DNA of 64,000 nucleotides from assembly GCA_947166295.1 (NCBI GenBank), contig CAMVDR010000002.1, positions 31,889 through 95,888 of the forward strand. The letters are read 5' to 3'. A program made the position numbers and the translations under genes. Source of the stretch: an uncultured Candidatus Saccharibacteria bacterium (lineage in GTDB: Bacteria > Patescibacteriota > Saccharimonadia > Saccharimonadales > Saccharimonadaceae). The notes under the pieces were generated by a model. That model was not told where the DNA came from, made no database searches, and worked only from the letters and a program-made list of their open reading frames with translations. Below are positions 38,885 through 47,312 of the stretch, piece by piece. How positions within the stretch are numbered: the first letter of the stretch is position 1; the number at the start of each line of letters is the position of its first letter.

Positions 38885-39367
38885 ATGTATCAACAAACAG
38901 AGGTAGAGAAAAAGGAACGTCGCAAGATTATCGCCGCAGCTACGGCAATAGTAGCAATTATTTTGATTTTGATTGTGGCAATTATCGTAGTGGCTACCAA
39001 AAAATCTAGTCGCACCAATAACGCAAATAATAGCGAAAATACCACGTTTGAAATCGCAGAGAATAACGAGCAGACAACCGGGAATAAGACCGAAGAAAAT
39101 ACCACTACGGAAGAAGAGAAAAAGAACGACGAGAAAAATACAACAACCACAGAGAATAATGCAGTAGGGACCATTTCTACGGAAAAAGCGAATAGTGAAA
39201 GCAAAAAATCCGAAGAAAAGACTGCTGCCCAAAAATCTACTTCGGTAACAGCAACTACGGAGCAAATGCCATCTACCGGCCCAGAGGAGTTTTTGCCACT
39301 CGCGCTAGTTGCCGGGATGTTAGTAATGTATCTTTCTTCGGCGGCCTTAGCTAAGAGAGAAGCCTAA
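38885..39367 (+). CDS. Membrane protein with N-terminal TM, low-complexity linker and C-terminal MPSTG + hydrophobic segment
   Basis: Two hydrophobic ends around an N/T/E/K-rich linker. Confidence 0.7.
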   Translation: MYQQTEVEKKERRKIIAAATAIVAIILILIVAIIVVATKKSSRTNNANNSENTTFEIAENNEQTTGNKTEENTTTEEEKKNDEKNTTTTENNAVGTISTEKANSESKKSEEKTAAQKSTSVTATTEQMPSTGPEEFLPLALVAGMLVMYLSSAALAKREA

Positions 39368-39432
39368 TTTATAAAAAGCGAGATTTGCAGAAAGTCTCGC
39401 TTTTTTGACGTTTTATGATATAATGGGAATAC

Positions 39433-39517
39433 GCCCGGATGGTGGAATTGGTAGACACGTATGCCTTAGGAGCATATGCCGCAAGGTGTGCAGGTTCAAA
39501 TCCTGTTCCGGGCACCA
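39433..39517 (+). tRNA. tRNA-Leu (TAG)
   Basis: GCCCGGA acceptor, TGGTGGAATTGGTAGAC, anticodon arm TATGC-CTTAGGA-GCATA, GGTTCAAATCC, CCA. Confidence 0.97.
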
Positions 39518-39632
39518 CTGTGGTAGCCGTGATGGCTATTTTTTATTATAATAGTTGACTTATGCCTAAAAGTATGCTAAAATGGCATAGTTATACTCAT
39601 AACAAAAATATTTTTTGGAGGTGCATGTAATT

Positions 39633-40415
39633 ATGAGTAACGTAGCTTTAACAGCAAGAATTGGAAGTGTCTATTCTGACGCAAAACGCATCGCGGTTTC
39701 CGAGTTGGCGGGTTTTATCGTGAAATGCAAGCGGGAAGTTCCCGATGCTTTACGGCCGCTAAAAATCAAATGCCGCCGAGACAAAAAGGGTAAGAAGGTC
39801 GTAACCGGCTACAAGCTGAGCGAGCCTTTGTATATCGAAGGAGACCCTGAGCACAGCAAAATGACCGAGGAAGAAGTCAAGGAGTACCTGGAGCGCGGCT
39901 TTATCCCCAACTGGGACGCCGTTGAGATTTGTACGCGCGGATCCGACATGCACGACACCGTGGCTGCCGCACTGAATGGTCAGCCTTATATGTCAGAAAA
40001 AAGCAGCCAGGATGTAATATGTCTGCTGGCGACGACCAATCAGCAATCGACCCTCCTGAAAGGACTGGCCGTTGTGCTGGACCTTCTGCCGGACGACAGC
40101 GAGGAAAAGGGCCTGCAATACGCAGATTTCCTGAAGCGAAACAAAATAGGTGTTGACAAGATAATCAACACCTTGAGCATGGAATGGCTGGCAATAACGT
40201 ACGAGGAGAACGAGGTACTCAAGGCGTTAGGCGCAACCAAAGAGAATGTGCCGTGCTTACGTGAGCAGCTTTTGGCCTACGGCGATCGTTTCGTGGATTC
40301 CGCAGGAAAGATCTGCGGAAAGTCAAGTTTGGCAAGGAGATACCTTTGCTATCTGACAATCATCGCGGCATTTTGCGAGCGAAGCTACCGCCATAATACG
40401 TATTTGCGCGACTGA
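39633..40415 (+). CDS. Hypothetical protein (accessory, next to tRNA-Leu)
   Basis: Long ORF with GGAGGT SD, own promoter (TTGACT-17-TAAAAT) and downstream hairpin. Confidence 0.65.
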   Translation: MSNVALTARIGSVYSDAKRIAVSELAGFIVKCKREVPDALRPLKIKCRRDKKGKKVVTGYKLSEPLYIEGDPEHSKMTEEEVKEYLERGFIPNWDAVEICTRGSDMHDTVAAALNGQPYMSEKSSQDVICLLATTNQQSTLLKGLAVVLDLLPDDSEEKGLQYADFLKRNKIGVDKIINTLSMEWLAITYEENEVLKALGATKENVPCLREQLLAYGDRFVDSAGKICGKSSLARRYLCYLTIIAAFCERSYRHNTYLRD

Positions 40416-40520
40416 CCCTCCAATTCTTCCTGCCTTTCCCCCGACCACTGGCCGGGGGTATTTTTTATCCTAAAAATTGAAACTGGCTAGGCCGTTTTCT
40501 ATGATATAATCATAAACAGG

Positions 40521-42113
40521 ATGGGTAAAATTACCAAATATTTGAATCAGTTGATTGTTGGTAATGTTTTTGACAACCCAGAAATCTTGGAGGTTTACTC
40601 TACAGACCGTTCGGCGCTTAAAATTAAGCCAAAATTCGTGGCATTTCCAGAATCTACCGAAGATATCCGTAAATTAATGCGGTTTTTCAATCAGATTGCC
40701 GCAAAAGATATACCGGTGTCCGTCACGGCACGTGGTTCTGGCCTGGACGAAGGTGGGGCAGATTTATCTGCCGGAGGGCTAGTAATTTCTACTGAAAAAT
40801 TAAACCGGATGCTAGAAATAGACCCGCGCGAAAGATTGGTGCGTGTACAGGCCGGAATTACACTAAAAGAATTGAATACTGCGCTTTCCGTGTCGGGCCT
40901 CACCATACCGATTAGCGACCATAGTCATGAGACGATTGGCGGGTTAATTTCCAACGCGCCAATAGACAACAACGCCAGCAAATATGGCGGGATTGCAAAC
41001 TACGTAGAGCGCATAGAAGTAGTACTAGCCAACGGCGAGTGCCTGCAAACTAACCGTCTAAAAAAATATCATGTCGCCAAAAAAGCCACCGAAAAATCCC
41101 TGGAAGGCGATATTTATCGCAAAATATCCAAACTGCTAAAATCTAAGGCTGAATTAATTTCTGATATTACCAAAAATCCGCCACGCGACAAAAGTGGCTA
41201 CCCGATGATTACTAAGGTTCAGCGTAGAGATACACTGGATTTAATGCCTCTGTTTTTCGGTGCGCAGGGTACGCTAGGAGTGATTTCTGAAGTAATTTTG
41301 CGTGCAGTGCCACTTAGCAAGAAGCCTACGCGCGTAGTGGCCACGTTTAAGGAACTAGATTCGGCATTAGAATTTGCCTATGCAGCAAAATCTTTAAAAC
41401 CACGTAAAATTGATTTTTATGACCTAAAGATTATTCAAGAGGCGCGCGAGTCTGGTAAAAATCTAGACGGCGTAATTCGCAAAATCGAAGATGGATTTGT
41501 AGTGTTAGTAAGTATAGACGAACGGGTAAATAGTTGTATCAAAAAGCTCGCCAATATGCAAAAAGATTATCCACGTGGTAGCAAGTTTATTTTTGAAAAC
41601 GTCAATAATCGCGTAGCACTTAATGAATTTGAAAATGCATTATCGGTGTATCTCAATTCGCCGAAAAATGGCGAGCGAGTGCCAATTTTGACAGATTTTT
41701 ATTTGCCAGCACGCAATATTGGCGGATTTTTGAAAGATCTAAAAGTTTTAGAAGAAAAGTTGAAGCTGGATTTGGCCCTATATGGTTCGTATGCCACATC
41801 TATTTATAGCTTAAGGCCCAAGTTTAATTTGGAAGAAAAGGATTTTAATAAAAAAGCCGCCACGTTCTTACGCGCAGGAGCATATATTATAGATAGGCAG
41901 GATGGCAAGCTGGCCGGTGGCACACCGGAAGGTAGGTTAAAAGCAGTGGTAACGAATACCGAAATGAAAGACGCCGAACAAGATTTATACACCAAGATTA
42001 AAGAGATTTTTGACCAAAATAAAATCTTGAATCCGGATATCAAACTAGGGGCTAGTTCTAAATTTACTTTGACGCATTTCCGGGATAGTAGCCTCCCAAA
42101 AATTATGTTATAA
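40521..42113 (+). CDS. FAD-binding oxidoreductase (GlcD/D-lactate dehydrogenase-like)
   Basis: ARGSG, VRVQAGI, TIGGLI, GAQGTLGVI, IKEIFDQNKILNP. Confidence 0.85.
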   Translation: MGKITKYLNQLIVGNVFDNPEILEVYSTDRSALKIKPKFVAFPESTEDIRKLMRFFNQIAAKDIPVSVTARGSGLDEGGADLSAGGLVISTEKLNRMLEIDPRERLVRVQAGITLKELNTALSVSGLTIPISDHSHETIGGLISNAPIDNNASKYGGIANYVERIEVVLANGECLQTNRLKKYHVAKKATEKSLEGDIYRKISKLLKSKAELISDITKNPPRDKSGYPMITKVQRRDTLDLMPLFFGAQGTLGVISEVILRAVPLSKKPTRVVATFKELDSALEFAYAAKSLKPRKIDFYDLKIIQEARESGKNLDGVIRKIEDGFVVLVSIDERVNSCIKKLANMQKDYPRGSKFIFENVNNRVALNEFENALSVYLNSPKNGERVPILTDFYLPARNIGGFLKDLKVLEEKLKLDLALYGSYATSIYSLRPKFNLEEKDFNKKAATFLRAGAYIIDRQDGKLAGGTPEGRLKAVVTNTEMKDAEQDLYTKIKEIFDQNKILNPDIKLGASSKFTLTHFRDSSLPKIML

Positions 42114-42137
42114 TACATATAATATATAGGAGTTATT

Positions 42138-43415
42138 ATGAAAACTACAGTCAAGAAACTGTCTGATTCGCGCGTAGAAATTACCGTGACGCTAGATGCA
42201 AAAGATTTGAAACCAGCCAAGGATAAGGCTCTAGAAAAATTAGCCAAGGAAATCCATGTGGAAGGATTCCGCAAAGGTAAGGTGCCTGTAGATGTGGCTA
42301 AAAAGTTTATCCCGGAGAATGATTTGAATGCCGAAACAGTAGATGCCGCCGTGCGCACTACGGTGATTAAGGCTTTTTCAGACAACGAAAAGTCGCCACT
42401 AGTTTTGCCTAGCGTGAATGTCACCAAATATGTACCGGATGAGGTAGTAGAATATACCGCCACGGCAGATATTATCCCAGAAATTAAGCTGGGTGATTAT
42501 AAAAAGCTTGGTGTGAAGAAGGAAGAAGTGAAAGTTTCTGAAAAGGAAATTAAAGAAATTTTAGAAAACATTGCCACTTCATTTGCCGAGAAGAAGACGG
42601 TAAAGCGCGCCGCGAAGGATGGTGATGAAGTAATTATTGATTTTGTCGGCAAGAAAGACGGCGAAGCCTTTAAGGGTGGCTCGGCCAAGGATTATCATTT
42701 GACTTTAGGTTCTAAGACTTTTATCCCAGGCTTTGAAGACGGCATTATCGGACACGAGCCAGGCGATAAGTTTGATCTAAAGCTTACCTTTCCGAAAGAT
42801 TATGGCGTAAAGGATTTGGCCGGCGCCAAAACCGTATTTGAGGTATTACTCAAACAAGTAAACGAGATTACCAAACCAGCCATAGATGACGAGATGGCGA
42901 AAAAGTGTGGTCCATTCAAAGATTTGAAAGAGTTAAAGGCCGATATTGAAAAGAATCTAAAAGCGCAAAACGAACACAAGTTGGAAGAGAAGTTCAAAGA
43001 CGACCTTGTCAATGCTTTGGTAAAGAAATCTACCGTGCCAGCACCAGAAATTTTGATCAACGACCAAATGCGGATGATCAAAGATGACATGAGCCGCAAC
43101 GCCGCTTCGCAAGGTATGAGTTTTGAAGATTTCCTAGAGCGCAATAACGAAACTATGGAGAACTGGGAAAAGGAAGCGCGTAAAATCGCCGAAGCACGCG
43201 TAAAAGCGTCTCTAGTACTACAAACTTTGGCGGTAGAGAATAAGATTACCGTATCTGACGATTTAGTAGCTGCAAAAATTGCCGAACTAAAAGATGTGTA
43301 CAAAAAATCACCGGAAGCTTTGAAGAGCCTCAAAGATCCAAATGTGAAAATGGATATCAAAAACCGGATGATTATTGAAAAAACGCTAGAGTTTTTGGTG
43401 AAAGAGAATAGTTAA
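42138..43415 (+). CDS. tig: Trigger factor
   Basis: GFRKGKVP, FKBP domain FIPGFEDGIIG, TFPKDY. Confidence 0.96.
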   Translation: MKTTVKKLSDSRVEITVTLDAKDLKPAKDKALEKLAKEIHVEGFRKGKVPVDVAKKFIPENDLNAETVDAAVRTTVIKAFSDNEKSPLVLPSVNVTKYVPDEVVEYTATADIIPEIKLGDYKKLGVKKEEVKVSEKEIKEILENIATSFAEKKTVKRAAKDGDEVIIDFVGKKDGEAFKGGSAKDYHLTLGSKTFIPGFEDGIIGHEPGDKFDLKLTFPKDYGVKDLAGAKTVFEVLLKQVNEITKPAIDDEMAKKCGPFKDLKELKADIEKNLKAQNEHKLEEKFKDDLVNALVKKSTVPAPEILINDQMRMIKDDMSRNAASQGMSFEDFLERNNETMENWEKEARKIAEARVKASLVLQTLAVENKITVSDDLVAAKIAELKDVYKKSPEALKSLKDPNVKMDIKNRMIIEKTLEFLVKENS

Positions 43416-43466
43416 AGATTCTAGCCGTAATAGTTGCTAGTAGCCCTGGCAACTATTTTTGTGTTT

Positions 43467-43646
43467 AAATTTTTAAACCGTAATTTTTATAGCGGCTTCG
43501 TTGCACGCAAGGAAATTTTTCACGAATTTTTAACGGAAATTTGCGCGTCTCACGCCGGATGGGGGTTCGCTGCGACAAATTTCCTAAAATTCGTTCAAAA
43601 TTTCTTTGGTTTACTCAATGCTATTAAAAATTAGGTTTGAAAATTT
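43467..43646. repeat. ~180-bp imperfect long palindrome (MITE-like)
   Basis: Nested complements AAATTTTTAAACC/GGTTTGAAAATTT, ACGAATTTT/AAAATTCGT, GGAAATTTG/CAAATTTCC. Confidence 0.7.
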
Positions 43647-43709
43647 GACAATTTACCGTCGTAGCAATATATTAGATTTTTTATTTACGCTATTTTAATA
43701 TTCTCGTGG

Positions 43710-43895
43710 TATAATGAAAGTGCTATATTCAATTATTTAAAATGCTGTGATATTTATTGTTAATGTCGCCCAGAAGATAAAATGGCATCGTAAGGACCAT
43801 TCTTCTAGGCGACACAGCATAGAATAATTGGATATAGCACCCTTGCGGTGCCATTTTTGTAATATACCCCGTTTACACAAAATGGCGCCACAAAG
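43710..43895 (+). promoter_or_regulatory. Conserved structured 5' leader, copy D
   Basis: TGGTATAAT; stems 43720-43737/43823-43840 and 43764-43777/43801-43814; loop motif 43781-43795; tail 43841-43858; second complement 43879-43895. Confidence 0.8.
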
Positions 43896-43924
43896 ACCAG
43901 AAACTTAAACAGGGTAATGCATAT

Positions 43925-45601
43925 ATGAGTCATAGCAACAAAACGAATAATTACACAGAATTCTATTATCATTTATTTAAAAATGTCTTAATTATTGCTG
44001 TGCCACTCCTCGTTATTATTTCACTCGCTCTGTCTTTGCCACATAGCTCTGCTATGGTTAGCTCTGACCTTAGCTCCTCTGCGGATCATCTAAACTTTGC
44101 TATTCCGGTATCGTGTACTTTGGTGAGTAATGTAGAAGAAGCCCATAATACTACATTACTCAATGGTACTTATAAGGACAATATTGGTAAGACTATCATG
44201 ACTACCTATTGTAATGACAGTAATGGCTATACTGTATATGTAGCATCTCCGGCTTTTAATACTAATAATCAAAGTATATTAGTAAGCTCTATTGATAGTG
44301 ACTATGATATAGTAACTGGTACTGCTACTTCAGGAGCTGATTCTGCTTGGGCGATGAAGTTAAGTAAGAGTAATATTAATACTAATATAGATAGTAATGG
44401 CAATACCGTTACTACTAATAATGTCGTCACTAATGTAGGGAATGACTCTCCTACGATAGACCCAGCCTTTGAAGATAAATACGTAGCAGTACCAGCTAGT
44501 TGGACGCCAGTAGTATCTAAGGCTAGTGGTACAGTGAGTTCTCAGACTGGGGCATCATTTACTACTACTTATGCAGCCTATACTTCTACTACACAACCAG
44601 CTGGTACCTATACTGGTTTAGTAAGATACTTACTACTACATAATAACCAAGCTATTCCTACCCCCACCTACTTTATGCAAGATGTAGCCTTTTGGAAGGA
44701 TAGCTTAAGCCTCAACCAATCTGTCCAGGCTATAGACGAAAGAGATGGTAAGAAATACTGGGTGACCAAGCTAGCAGATGGGAATATCTGGATGACACAG
44801 AATCTAGACCTTTGTATTGGGTGTGAGGGAGTGGCGGCACTTACATCAGAGAATACAGACATTAACCCAGAAGCTTCTGGCAAAGGTATCTACAATACTG
44901 CCGGAGGATATAGTGAAAGTGGTGGAGTGTGGACGTGGACACCAGCTAGTGCTTCTATTACTTCTAGCATAAAAGTAAACTACAGCACCAATACGGCTAC
45001 TGGTTGGGATAATCAAAGTTCGGCACCAAGGTCTGCAGAGGGTGGCGATACTTATTTCTATACTTCTGGTAACAATAATAATGATAAAAGATACGATTCT
45101 CTAGATCTTTGTAGGGTAGATCACAGTGAAGCAGACTGTCTCCATTATAGTACAGGTAATTACTACAACTGGACTGCTGCTGTAGCTTCTAATGCTTCTG
45201 GCGGTATCAGCAAAGATAAAACCCGAGCGGATAACTCTATTTGCCCAAGAGGGTGGAGACTTCCTAATGATGACACCGTAGACAATAGCTATAATGAGTT
45301 TGGTAGATTGCTTTATAATTATAACGTTACAAACAGTATAGCTGGCTCCGGCAATGTGGGTTATAAGACCGGTGGTTTTAACGCTTTGAGAACTACCCCT
45401 TTGTGGTTTGTGCGGTCCGGCAACCTGTACAGTGGCTCGCTGGGCAATCCAGCGGTGAGCGGCTACTACTGGTCTAATACGGTTTACAGTAGCTCCAACG
45501 CTTACGACCTGTACTTCTATAGTAGCGGTATTTACCCGGCCGACAACTACGGCAGGAGCGACGGGAGGTCGGTACGCTGCATCGCCCGGCAAGAAAATTA
45601 A
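43925..45601 (+). CDS. FISUMP-like surface protein; paralogue 4, best DGR-target candidate
   Basis: Same domain motifs; last ~60 codons switch to GC-rich, NNC-dominated usage; hairpin at the stop codon. Confidence 0.8.
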   Translation: MSHSNKTNNYTEFYYHLFKNVLIIAVPLLVIISLALSLPHSSAMVSSDLSSSADHLNFAIPVSCTLVSNVEEAHNTTLLNGTYKDNIGKTIMTTYCNDSNGYTVYVASPAFNTNNQSILVSSIDSDYDIVTGTATSGADSAWAMKLSKSNINTNIDSNGNTVTTNNVVTNVGNDSPTIDPAFEDKYVAVPASWTPVVSKASGTVSSQTGASFTTTYAAYTSTTQPAGTYTGLVRYLLLHNNQAIPTPTYFMQDVAFWKDSLSLNQSVQAIDERDGKKYWVTKLADGNIWMTQNLDLCIGCEGVAALTSENTDINPEASGKGIYNTAGGYSESGGVWTWTPASASITSSIKVNYSTNTATGWDNQSSAPRSAEGGDTYFYTSGNNNNDKRYDSLDLCRVDHSEADCLHYSTGNYYNWTAAVASNASGGISKDKTRADNSICPRGWRLPNDDTVDNSYNEFGRLLYNYNVTNSIAGSGNVGYKTGGFNALRTTPLWFVRSGNLYSGSLGNPAVSGYYWSNTVYSSSNAYDLYFYSSGIYPADNYGRSDGRSVRCIARQEN

Positions 45602-45678
45602 CCCTAGGCGGGATAGGGTTAAGCGTAAGCGTGTGAGTGGGGGTTGAAGTTTTCTACCCCTTGTGCTAGGGTTTTGCT
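45598..45678 (+). promoter_or_regulatory. Conserved spacer: 9-bp hairpin, AAGCGTAAGC, and putative nuclease promoter
   Basis: TTAACCCTA-GGCGGGA-TAGGGTTAA; homologous to the reverse complement of 62911-62995. Confidence 0.65.
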
Positions 45679-46071
45679 ATGAAAAATAATAAAATTGGGG
45701 AAATTATAATTCCGGCAGGAGTAAAACCTTGGCCACACGAATTACATACGGCGGAAATATTGGCTATGGCTGGATGCAATGTAAGATTTATCAGAGAATC
45801 TAATTTACACACAGCAGATGTTTTACTAAATGGCATTGAATTCGAAATTAAATCCCCAAAATCAGCGAATGCGAATTCTTTAGGACATTTATTAAAGAAG
45901 GCTTTAAAGCAATCTTCGAATATTATTATAGACACTTCTCGTATGAAAAATTCGCGTGACAATAATGTGAAAAAATTTTTAATATCGCAAGCTAAAAGCA
46001 GAAAGCAAATTAAAAAACTAATCATGATCACAAAGCGCGGCCAGATTATTGATATTTCTTCTATGATTTGA
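45679..46071 (+). CDS. Stand-alone CdiA-C-like PD-(D/E)xK nuclease
   Basis: HE...A, TADVLLNGIEFEIKSP, KALKQSSNIIID; paralogue at 62524-62910. Confidence 0.65.
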   Translation: MKNNKIGEIIIPAGVKPWPHELHTAEILAMAGCNVRFIRESNLHTADVLLNGIEFEIKSPKSANANSLGHLLKKALKQSSNIIIDTSRMKNSRDNNVKKFLISQAKSRKQIKKLIMITKRGQIIDISSMI

Positions 46072-46083
46072 TATAATGTAAAT

Positions 46084-46134
46084 ATCGAAGCACTTGCACG
46101 GCGCCGAAGGTACCTACCGCGAGGGCTTCTTTTT
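46084..46134 (+). ncRNA. Candidate small hairpin RNA downstream of the nuclease
   Basis: TTGATA(46049)-17-TATAAT(46072); hairpin 46087-46129; U tract. Confidence 0.45.
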
Positions 46135-46166
46135 GTGATTGGGCGAAAATATGTTATAATATGTTT

Positions 46167-47312
46167 ATGATATATCTGGATCATGCAGCGGCGACGCCGG
46201 TGTCGCGTAAGGTTTTGCAGGCGATGGAGCCGTATTTTACGCAGAATTTTTTTAACCCTAGCGCAGCGTATTTGCCAGCCAAAAAAGTGGCAGCAGAGTA
46301 TGAAGCGGCAAAAAATACGATAGCGCATGCGATTGGCGCCAAGGGAACAGACATCGTGGTTACCGCCGGAGCAACAGAAGCAAACAACCTAGCTTTCACC
46401 GCAGTGGCGCAGCACAACCATGGTAAGGGCGAGGTCTTATATCTAGAAACAGAGCATGATTCAGTACGAGCGGTAGCGCAGCAACACGGTGGCAGAGCGA
46501 TAAAAGTTTTACCGAGTGGCCTAATTAATCTGGAAGATTTGAAAGCTAAAATTACCGATAATACAACTCTTATTTCCGTATCGCTAGCCAATAACGAGCT
46601 CGGGGCAATTCAGCCGCTGGCGGAAATTGGCTCGCTGGTACGAGAGATTAGGATAGATAGGCTAAAGCGCGGCATTAAAATTCCAATTTATCTACACTCC
46701 GATGCTTCGCAGGCGTTGAATTTACTGGATATCAGTGTGGCGCGACTCGGCGTAGATATGTTAACCTTAAACGCAGCAAAAGTTTATGGGCCAAAAGGTG
46801 TGGGGGCGCTATATGTAGCACATGATGTAAAATTATCACCCCTCACCATGGGCGGCGGACAAGAAAAAGGCTTGCGGGCGGGTACCGAAAATGTGCCAGG
46901 TGTAATAGGGTTTGCCACAGCCATAAAAGAAGCAAAAGAGCACTTGAACGGTAATCGTAAAAAATATAAGAATTTTAAACAAATTTTACTGTCTGAATTA
47001 CAGGGGTACGAGCTGATCAACAAAAAGCATACGCTTGACAATTTTATAGTTTTGTGCTATAATGGTACAGATGCAGAGAGGTTAATTTACCTCTTGGAGG
47101 AAAAAGAAATTTATGTGGCTACCGGGGCGGCTTGTGCGGCGTCCAAGGGGCAAAAATCGCATGTACTCACCGCGATAGGGCTAAGTGATACAGAAATAGC
47201 CGGATCATTACGTTTAACCTTGGGAGAAACCAATACCGAAGAACAAATCCACGAAGCAGCACGGATTATTAATGAAGTAGTGACTACGGAGCGGGAGAGA
47301 ATCAATGGCTAA
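46167..47312 (+). CDS. iscS: Cysteine desulfurase (IscS/NifS family)
   Basis: IYLDHAAATP, GATEANN, HSDASQ, KVYGPKGVG, RAGTENV, TGAAC; upstream of mnmA. Confidence 0.9.
   Translation: MIYLDHAAATPVSRKVLQAMEPYFTQNFFNPSAAYLPAKKVAAEYEAAKNTIAHAIGAKGTDIVVTAGATEANNLAFTAVAQHNHGKGEVLYLETEHDSVRAVAQQHGGRAIKVLPSGLINLEDLKAKITDNTTLISVSLANNELGAIQPLAEIGSLVREIRIDRLKRGIKIPIYLHSDASQALNLLDISVARLGVDMLTLNAAKVYGPKGVGALYVAHDVKLSPLTMGGGQEKGLRAGTENVPGVIGFATAIKEAKEHLNGNRKKYKNFKQILLSELQGYELINKKHTLDNFIVLCYNGTDAERLIYLLEEKEIYVATGAACAASKGQKSHVLTAIGLSDTEIAGSLRLTLGETNTEEQIHEAARIINEVVTTERERING

Noticed and set aside
41804-43360. Long antisense ORFs opposite the oxidoreductase and tig (also 55352-56005, 45666-46328, 9544-10146 and similar)
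   Set aside because: Shadows of well-supported genes with no recognisable motifs.
43434-43634. 66-aa ORF
   Set aside because: TTG start inside the tig terminator and coincident with a long palindrome; no SD.
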